The notes under the pieces: generated by a model | The model's input: the letters and a program-made list of their open reading frames with translations, nothing else | Database searches by the model: none | Told to the model about the DNA's origin: nothing | Shown: positions 58,897 through 64,000 of the stretch, one piece after another | Layout of the letters: each line of letters opens with the position of its first letter | Numbering within the stretch: position 1 is the first letter of the stretch | Position numbers and translations under genes: made by a program | From: Candidatus Magasanikbacteria bacterium GW2011_GWA2_56_11 | Lineage (GTDB): Bacteria > Patescibacteriota > Patescibacteriia > Magasanikbacterales > UBA922 | Assembly (NCBI GenBank): GCA_001004885.1 | Contig: LCRX01000003.1 | Span: forward strand, 1,650 to 65,649 | DNA: 64,000 nt | Direction of reading: 5' to 3'

Positions 58897-59598
58897 GTGG
58901 TGCTGCTTTTGCTCTATTACGTTTGGCGCACGCTCACCTCCGGCACAGGCGCTTTTGCCCTCTACAGCGATGAGCAGCTCATGACTTATCTATTCGGCGG
59001 CAATATTCTGCGCGCTTTTGTCTTCGGCACCCAGTCGCGCCGCGTCGCTCTCGAAATAAACGACGGCGCCTTCTCTCAGTACCTGGTTAAACCGGCCAAT
59101 CATTTCTGGTACTGTTACGCCCGCGAGCTGGCCGGAAGAATTTTGGCGACCATAAGCGCGGCAGTTGAAGCGGCCGGCATTTCTTTGCTGCTCGACATAA
59201 ATTTTTTCTGGCAAACAGATCCAGTTCTCTTGTCCTGGTTCGCGCTCGCCGTCCTCCTGGCTCACATTCTCTACTATTTCCTCAGCTACGGCATGAGCCT
59301 CATCGCTTTTTGGTCGCGCGAGGCCATGGGACCGCGTTTTTTGTTTGAGTGGCTCCTGGAGTTTGCCTCGGGCGCGTATTTCCCTTTGGATATACTCAAA
59401 GCCGCCTTTGCGCGCATCTTCATTTTTCTGCCTTTTGCCTATCTCATTTTCTCTCCTCTAAGCCTGTACTTGGGCGGCAGCGGACCACCGGGCTGGATTG
59501 TCGCCGCCTGGCAGCTCCTCTGGATAGCTATCGCTGCCCTGTCGGTATTTTTCTTGTGGCGCCGGGGACTCCGGCGCTACTCCGGGGAGGGAATTTAG
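58897..59598 (+). CDS. ABC-2-type-permease-like protein, paralog 5 (type A, ends ...RRYSGEGI); N-terminus apparently disrupted
   Basis: The homologous N-terminal residues (RVSLRRSSRELTYRLDFALGRLRHL) are encoded in-frame upstream but without an ATG, and a stop lies at 58789. The nearest ATG (58748) is in another frame. This may be a pseudogene, a sequence error, or a GTG/CTG start. Confidence 0.45.
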   Translation: MVLLLLYYVWRTLTSGTGAFALYSDEQLMTYLFGGNILRAFVFGTQSRRVALEINDGAFSQYLVKPANHFWYCYARELAGRILATISAAVEAAGISLLLDINFFWQTDPVLLSWFALAVLLAHILYYFLSYGMSLIAFWSREAMGPRFLFEWLLEFASGAYFPLDILKAAFARIFIFLPFAYLIFSPLSLYLGGSGPPGWIVAAWQLLWIAIAALSVFFLWRRGLRRYSGEGI

Positions 59599-59599
59599 T

Positions 59600-60382
59600 A
59601 TGCGCTACGCCCGCGTCTGGAAACAACTGACCGTGTGTTCATTCTCCACCTGGTCGTCCAACCGTCTGGACGCCGTTACCTATTGGCTGGGCAAACTTAT
59701 CCGCTTCGGCTTTTTTTGGCTGTTCGTCGCCTCGGTCTTTGAATTCACGCCGGCTTTTGCCGGCTACGGAAAATACGAGGTCCTGCTTTTCTTTTTGACC
59801 TTCAATCTGGTGGACGTGGTTACCCAGGCGTTTTTCCGCGGCATTTACCTGTTCAGCGACGATATCAACAAAGGCAACTTCGACTTTGTGCTCACCAAGC
59901 CGGTAAACCCGCTGTTCTATTCTCTGGCTCGCCTGACCGACCTGCTGGATTTTATTTTTCTTATCCCCCTCGTCGGCTTTCTCGCCTACGTAATCGCCAA
60001 GCTCGGGCTCGACCTCACTCTGGCCTCTTACCTGCTTTATCTGGCATTCGTCGGCGTCGGCATCATTTTGGCGCTCGCCATACATATTCTCTCGGCCGCG
60101 GCCACTATGTGGACCATGGAGAGCGATCACATTATCTGGCTCTACCGCGAAACCATGACCGTCGGCCGTTTCCCGCCGGAGGTTCTATCGCCCGCGCTGC
60201 AATTTGTCTTTACCTATCTTATGCCGGTTATTCTCATCGTGGCCTATCCGGCGAAAATCATACTGGGTCTGATCGGCCCGGGAGATATTGCCCGCCTCGG
60301 CGCGGTGACGGTCATATTCACGACCGTGGCTCTCGGGCTCTGGCGGGTGAGCCTGCGGCACTACGCGAGCGCTTCGAGCTGA
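59600..60382 (+). CDS. ABC-2-type-permease-like protein, paralog 6 (type B, ends ...RHYASASS)
   Basis: Starts 1 nt after paralog 5, and carries the B-type C-terminus. Confidence 0.6.
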   Translation: MRYARVWKQLTVCSFSTWSSNRLDAVTYWLGKLIRFGFFWLFVASVFEFTPAFAGYGKYEVLLFFLTFNLVDVVTQAFFRGIYLFSDDINKGNFDFVLTKPVNPLFYSLARLTDLLDFIFLIPLVGFLAYVIAKLGLDLTLASYLLYLAFVGVGIILALAIHILSAAATMWTMESDHIIWLYRETMTVGRFPPEVLSPALQFVFTYLMPVILIVAYPAKIILGLIGPGDIARLGAVTVIFTTVALGLWRVSLRHYASASS

Positions 60383-60418
60383 ACAAAAAAACGACGCCGG
60401 TCGGCTCCTCTGAGCTTT

Positions 60419-61313
60419 TTAGTGGGCCTTGTTTATCCATACCTCATTTTTCAATTCCTCTTCTATTTTATAACCCTGGCAATGGCCTAGAATACCCAGG
60501 TAAGATTGTACGGTCTGGTCCAGCCGGTAATCATCGCCAATGCCCCGGTTAAACTCATCTGTCTTCCGGCGCACCTTGGCGAACATCCGGTGTTTGGTTT
60601 TGGCGCGGATTACCCGGTAGCGCGGCAAAAGAACATCCCCGAGCCAGTCTAAAATCATCGGCGTAGCGAAAATAATAATGTTCCCGTAAATGATGTTTGA
60701 CGAAATAATCGAGCTCGGAAAGGTAGACATTGGCGAAAATCTGACTCGTCAAATTGCCGATTGGCATCCCCTTTCCCGACATCCCGGGCGTAGAAAAACT
60801 TCGTATCACTTTTTCTACAAGCCACATAACTTCGGTGTCCCCTAGTTTATTTATAAGCAACTGCAGCAAAATCTCATGGTCAACCGACGCAAAGAATTTT
60901 TTAATGTCCATCTTGAGAGACCACACCGTTTGGTTATGATTCTTACTGGCTTTCCTTAATGCCCTATCTACCGCGCCAACCGCCACATGAACCCCTTTGC
61001 CCCTCTGACACGAATACGAATGATGAATAAACGTCGGCTGGAGTATTGGTTCCAAAAACCGGAACAGAAGGTGATGCACAATACGATCCCGTACCGTTGC
61101 CTTGTTAATGATCCGAAATTTGGGGTCATAAATGTGGAAGGTCTCATACCCTTGATGTTGGTATGTTTTTGTGCTAAGCTCGTCCTGTAATTGAAAGAGA
61201 TTATCCTCTAAATATCTCTCAAAGAGGAGGACATCGGCTTTATTCTGTTTACCTTTTCTAAATTCGTACCAGGCATCGAGTATATTTTCGAGCCTAATCA
61301 GTTTTGAGTACAT
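60419..61313 (-). CDS. Diversity-generating retroelement (DGR) reverse transcriptase; the reading frame is interrupted (frameshift plus an apparent ~40-aa deletion between the YADD motif and the GxDFLGY-like motif)
   Basis: MYSKLIRLENILDAWYEFRKGKQNKADVLLFERYLEDNLFQLQDELSTKTYQHQGYETFHIYDPKFRIINKATVRDRIVHHLL...SYSCQRGKGVHVA...MPIGNLTSQIFANVYLSELD...YFRYADDF runs in one frame (61313-60651). The C-terminal ...PMILDWLGDVLLPRYRVIRAKTKHRMFAKVRRKTDEF...QSYLGILGHCQGYKI is in another frame (to 60419). The pattern matches DGR RTs such as Bordetella phage Brt. Confidence 0.8.
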
Positions 61314-61346
61314 AGTTTTTATGATCACCAATACCACCAAGGAAAG

Positions 61347-61356
61347 CCCCCCCCCC
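61347..61356. repeat. C10 (G10 on the other strand) homopolymer tract in the 83-bp divergent RT/avd intergenic region
   Basis: ggaaagCCCCCCCCCCtcagc. Confidence 0.8.
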
Positions 61357-61396
61357 TCAGCAATTTTTACGAACAGGTTCTTCTCAGGTAGATGAA

Positions 61397-61726
61397 GTGC
61401 CAATCTTAAAGAAAACAATTGATTTGTATAAAACGTACTATGTATACGCGCAGCTCTTCCCGAAGAAAGATAAGTATACACTCGGTGCAACGTGTGAGCG
61501 TTACCTAATTTCGGTTATTGAACTATTACTTGAAGCAACCTACCTGCCCAAAGAAACGAAACGGGCTAGGCTTATGCTTGCCAACAGTAAATTTGAAGTC
61601 CTGAAAGTATTTATACGACTTCTCAAAGAGCTGAACGTTATTGACCAGAAAAAATATATCATCCTCCAAACCATGATCCAGGATATTGGGAGGATGTTTG
61701 GCGGGTGGATGAGATCGCTCACCTAA
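61397..61726 (+). CDS. avd: DGR accessory variability determinant (Avd; four-helix-bundle protein)
   Basis: A 109-aa basic protein with FPKKDKYTLGATCERYLISVIELLLEA...IGRMFGGWMRS, matching the Avd/TIGR02436 pattern (compare BPP-1 bAvd ...VGRILGSWIARV). Confidence 0.7.
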   Translation: MPILKKTIDLYKTYYVYAQLFPKKDKYTLGATCERYLISVIELLLEATYLPKETKRARLMLANSKFEVLKVFIRLLKELNVIDQKKYIILQTMIQDIGRMFGGWMRSLT

Positions 61727-61741
61727 ATGACCGAATACAGC

Positions 61742-61772
61742 GAAGCCTCGACGTATGTGTCGAGGCTTCTTT
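61742..61772 (+). terminator. Perfect 11-bp-stem hairpin (gaagcctcgac-gtatgt-gtcgaggcttc) between avd and the TR; a weak avd terminator and/or the 3' flank of the TR on the other strand
   Basis: A perfect inverted repeat, with only 3 T residues after it on the + strand. Confidence 0.4.
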
Positions 61773-61787
61773 AGGCTATAGGCACTT

Positions 61788-61901
61788 CCAGAGCACGACC
61801 ACCCCGCCGGAGTAGTTCTCGTTCGCGTCGAGGTTCCTGTTGTCGAAGTCGAGCTTCGCGTCGTTCGGGTTGAAGTACAGCGAGTTCTCGGGGTCCTGCC
61901 A
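61788..61901 (-). repeat. DGR template repeat (TR), read on the minus strand
   Basis: 114 bp identical to 62322-62435 except at about 20 positions. Every one of those is an adenine in the minus-strand TR (T on +). The TR carries multiple AAC codons (NSLYFNPNDAKLDFDNRNLDANENYSGGVVVLW). Confidence 0.85.
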
Positions 61902-62187
61902 AAATGCGCTCTTTTCCGTCCGTAATCACCGAAGACAGAGCTTCTCCACTACAAGCCGCTCCATCTCCTGAATTTTATGCGGTTCCAGGATGAACCAAAG
62001 AAAAAAACACGCAGTGCCTATATCTTTCGTATACCCTCCGGCGATGTGAGAAAAGCAACCATTCACCTCCAGACTCCGATACGTTTCCAAAGATATATAA
62101 TTTCGGCGACGATAATCCTTATTCAGAACTATCGTGCATGAGCCTACTTTCGGTTGAGAAGTATACCAGTTTTGTATAAAAACACGA

Positions 62188-62236
62188 AGGCGGGCCATGG
62201 CTCGAAGCGTCGAAACGCTGCGCCGATGGCCCGCCT
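62188..62236 (-). terminator. GC-rich hairpin (ggcgggccat...atggcccgcc with an inner palindrome), followed on the minus strand by a T-run; terminator of the DGR target gene and/or a DGR cruciform element
   Basis: aggcgggccatggctcgaagcgtcgaaacgctgcgccgatggcccgcct. The minus strand continues tcgtgtttttatac. Confidence 0.5.
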
Positions 62237-62312
62237 GAAATGGTGGGTGTCCAAGGGACCAAGTGACCAAGGGTCCTTGATCCAAGGGACAAGTGAGACA
62301 AGAGAACGAGGG

Positions 62313-63242
62313 CTAGGACTGCCAGAGCACGACCACCCCGCCGGAGCAGAGCCCGTGCGCGACGAGGTTCCCGATGCCGAAGCCGAGCTTCGCGTCGCCC
62401 GGGCAGAAGAACAGCGAGCGCCCGGGGCCCCGCCACAGGTTCGCGGGGCAGTCGAGGGCGGGCGTCATGCCGTCGCGGCCGAGGACCTCGGAGTAGCCGA
62501 TGAAGCCCATGGCCGGCTCGAAGGCACCGGTCAGGAGGACGTCGTTCGGGAACTGCTGGACCATCGTGCGGTCCGCGAGAATGCCGAAGCCCTGGAGGCA
62601 GGTGGGGAAGTAGACACCGACCGTCGGGCCCTGCCGCATCGCCTCGATGAGGCACTCGTGCCGGGTGCCGGAGACGACCGTGACCTGCCCCGCGAGCGTG
62701 CCCCGGCGCCAGTTCTCGAAGGTGCGCTCGGGGAACGCCTCGGCGTAGGCCAGGCCGACGGCCGCGAGGAACATGTCCTCGAGGACGGCGCCGTAGTCCA
62801 CGACCTCGCAGTGCGGGAAGCAGACCGGGAGGTAGGTGCCCTGGAGGAGGTTCGCGATCTGCCGGTCGCTCTTCACCCGCTCGATGACCGCGAGGCCCCG
62901 CTCACGGAACTGGTCGGCCGTGACGAAGGTCTGTCCGGGCATGTGCCGCGTGAACCGGGCGTGCACCGCCGCGTAGTCGACCGTGGGCTGCGCGAGGTGG
63001 TAGCCCCGGTCGGCGTCGACGATCTCCTCGGTCATGCCGGGCAGCGGGATCCAGCGGCCGTTCCGGTCGACGAGCTTGACCGTGGTGTCCTGGACGACGA
63101 TCTTGAGCTCTCCGGAGAGCACGCCCTGGAGGATCGTCTCCACCTGGGACTCATCGCCGGTGAGACCGCGGGCCACCTTGCGGATGATCGCGGACTTCTG
63201 ACCGTCGCTGAGACCGGACACCACCTCTTCAAACGTCTTCAT
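62313..63242 (-). CDS. DGR variable (target) protein; the C-terminal domain carries the VR (C-type-lectin/FGE-like fold inferred)
   Basis: A 309-aa ORF with about 65% GC. The VR falls in its last ~40 codons, and an AAGGAG RBS lies 7 nt upstream of the ATG. Confidence 0.75.
   Translation of the reverse strand: MKTFEEVVSGLSDGQKSAIIRKVARGLTGDESQVETILQGVLSGELKIVVQDTTVKLVDRNGRWIPLPGMTEEIVDADRGYHLAQPTVDYAAVHARFTRHMPGQTFVTADQFRERGLAVIERVKSDRQIANLLQGTYLPVCFPHCEVVDYGAVLEDMFLAAVGLAYAEAFPERTFENWRRGTLAGQVTVVSGTRHECLIEAMRQGPTVGVYFPTCLQGFGILADRTMVQQFPNDVLLTGAFEPAMGFIGYSEVLGRDGMTPALDCPANLWRGPGRSLFFCPGDAKLGFGIGNLVAHGLCSGGVVVLWQS
62322..62435 (-). repeat. DGR variable repeat (VR) within the 3' end of the target gene
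   Basis: See the TR entry. The VR encodes ...RSLFFCPGDAKLGFGIGNLVAHGLCSGGVVVLWQS, and the stop codon lies 7 nt after the VR. Confidence 0.85.
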
Positions 63243-63317
63243 GGGACTCCTTTCAGGCTTGTTATCACCCGAAGAGCTGCCCTTACCCGGGGCCCAGGGC
63301 CTCCTCTATCCCTCGAT

Positions 63318-63366
63318 GAGGAAAGCTTTCGCCTTATTACTAGCTAGTACGGCTAAAGCTTTCCTC
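63318..63366 (-). promoter_or_regulatory. 19-bp-stem inverted repeat (gatgaggaaagctttcgcc...ggctaaagctttcctcatc, loop containing ctagctag) in the 5' leader of the DGR target gene
   Basis: Located between the predicted promoter and the target-gene start. Confidence 0.4.
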
Positions 63367-63414
63367 ATCTTTTTCTCTTGTTTTAGCCTAATTTGTGCAA
63401 AGAACGAATATAAA

Positions 63415-63443
63415 ACTATAGCATATTTTAGCGATTTTGTCAA
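63415..63443 (-). promoter_or_regulatory. Sigma70 promoter for the DGR target gene (TTGACA-17 bp-TATAGT), giving a leader of about 165 nt
   Basis: The minus strand reads TTGACAaaatcgctaaaatatgcTATAGT. Confidence 0.5.
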
Positions 63444-63551
63444 GGGTATAAATTCAGAAACAGTACCACCCCACGGTTGGTACCACTCCAATTCCGGCGC
63501 TACCGTTAGCGAAAAATCCAAAAATTTACCGCCTTCAGATAGCAAATCAGC

Positions 63552-63582
63552 CCGGCTTTGGCCGGGCTGATCGCATAGAAAT
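63552..63582 (-). terminator. Hairpin terminator (atcagcccggc-tttg-gccgggctgat) following the upstream minus-strand gene
   Basis: A perfect 11-bp stem, followed on the minus strand by a T-rich stretch (tttgctat). Confidence 0.55.
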
Positions 63583-63601
63583 CTAATTTAACGCGCCAGA
63601 A

Positions 63602-64000
63602 CTATTCAATTCGCACCTCATCCAAGTAGAACGTCCCCTCGTTCGCCCCGGTATTACCCTGGATGGCAAACCCGGTAATCGTACCCCCGGCCGCGCCGAT
63701 ATCCGCGAGCGGAATAGAGACCGTCTGCCACTGACCGGCCTTCAATACGCCGTCCGGCAGATACGGGGCCAGCTTGTAGTGATTCGGCCCGGCGCCGGTT
63801 GCGTCGAACGGCACAATCTGGAGCTGCTGCCCGGCGGGCACGGTGCCGTAGAGGGTCATGGTAAGCGTCGTCCGGCCGGTGGTGTCGAGCCCTGGATGAT
63901 GGAGGAAATAACCGGCCCAGGGGCTTAGAAACTCGACCGCCAGAGCTTGCGTGCCCTGGTACACCGGGGTAGTCGTCGCGGACGCGTTTATCTCCCACGA
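63602..64000 (-). CDS. C-terminal part of a protein continuing beyond the window (beta-rich, possibly a surface or binding domain)
   Basis: The ORF is open to the window edge and ends ...GNTGANEGTFYLDEVRIE. Confidence 0.4.
   Translation of the reverse strand, partial: SWEINASATTTPVYQGTQALAVEFLSPWAGYFLHHPGLDTTGRTTLTMTLYGTVPAGQQLQIVPFDATGAGPNHYKLAPYLPDGVLKAGQWQTVSIPLADIGAAGGTITGFAIQGNTGANEGTFYLDEVRIE

Noticed and set aside
58646-58984. ORF 58646..58984(+) (MRLPLPRSYS...)
   Set aside because: It is out of frame relative to the conserved permease homology and overlaps paralogs 4 and 5. Only its ATG at 58748 is potentially relevant, as discussed under the paralog-5 finding.
61926-62285. 119-aa minus-strand ORF in the spacer between the VR and the TR
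   Set aside because: The region is AT-rich (about 43% GC), unlike the flanking coding DNA. The ORF begins inside the terminator hairpin and has no recognisable motif. It is more likely a non-coding spacer, though a small DGR accessory ORF cannot be excluded.
62119-63347. ORFs 62119..62655(-), 62154..63347(+) and 63032..63232(-), overlapping the DGR target gene
   Set aside because: They are alternative-frame or antisense ORFs in 65%-GC DNA. The frame carrying the VR and the AAGGAG RBS is the coherent one.
1-64000. CRISPR arrays and cas genes
   Set aside because: No direct-repeat/spacer periodicity was seen anywhere in the window. The only regularly repeated units are the DGR TR/VR pair and the two structured elements.

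Overview
**Overall content.** The window is a bacterial chromosomal segment of roughly 55–60% GC. It is dominated by conserved housekeeping genes, interrupted by several accessory-looking islands.

**Core genes, in order along the window.**
- The 5' third of a 23S rRNA sits on the minus strand at the left edge. No 16S lies next to it; rlmH is divergent from it.
- A minus-strand block follows: pnp, a NYN-domain gene, rpsO, ruvC, yebC, truB, rpoC and rpoB.
- Then ftsK, a RodZ-like gene, recA, a SpoIID-like gene, an MOP flippase, rpsD, an O-antigen-ligase-like gene, DedA and an EamA transporter.
- A LAGLIDADG homing-endonuclease gene overlaps the first of two tandem tRNA-Ser genes.
- Further on: a class IV aminotransferase, a GT4 glycosyltransferase, an ECF sigma factor with a DUF5667-like partner, TerC, and an ArsB/NhaD permease.
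- A copper/thiol-redox cluster follows (HMA-cupredoxin membrane protein, CopZ, DsbA-VKOR), then a ribokinase-family kinase, a CaCA antiporter, ahcY, yhhQ and corC.
- Six tandem paralogous ~260-aa ABC-2-like permease genes come next, arranged as three A/B pairs with no ATPase in view.

**Main finding (60.4–63.45 kb).** This region carries a diversity-generating retroelement (DGR).
- It has a DGR-type reverse transcriptase (RT) and an Avd accessory gene.
- It has a 114-bp template repeat (TR) and a cognate variable repeat (VR) at the 3' end of a GC-rich target gene.
- All ~20 TR/VR mismatches fall at TR adenines, with AAC codons diversified.

The locus is atypical in three ways:
- avd is inverted and divergent from the RT, across an 83-bp spacer carrying a C10 homopolymer.
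- The TR lies beyond avd on the other strand.
- The RT reading frame shows an internal ~40-aa deletion plus a frameshift between the YADD motif and the thumb region.

**Other observations.**
- A 100-nt structured repeat occurs in two copies, with covarying outer stems and an invariant core.
- Several long perfect or near-perfect palindromes sit in intergenic regions.
- A high-GC degraded island lies next to the tRNA-Ser genes.
- A NYN gene is inserted between rpsO and pnp.

**Taxonomic guess.** Some gene families present and the overall gene order suggest a small-genome, Patescibacteria/CPR-like organism. This is inference only.

**Limits.** All functional calls rest on motif recognition by eye; no searches were run.
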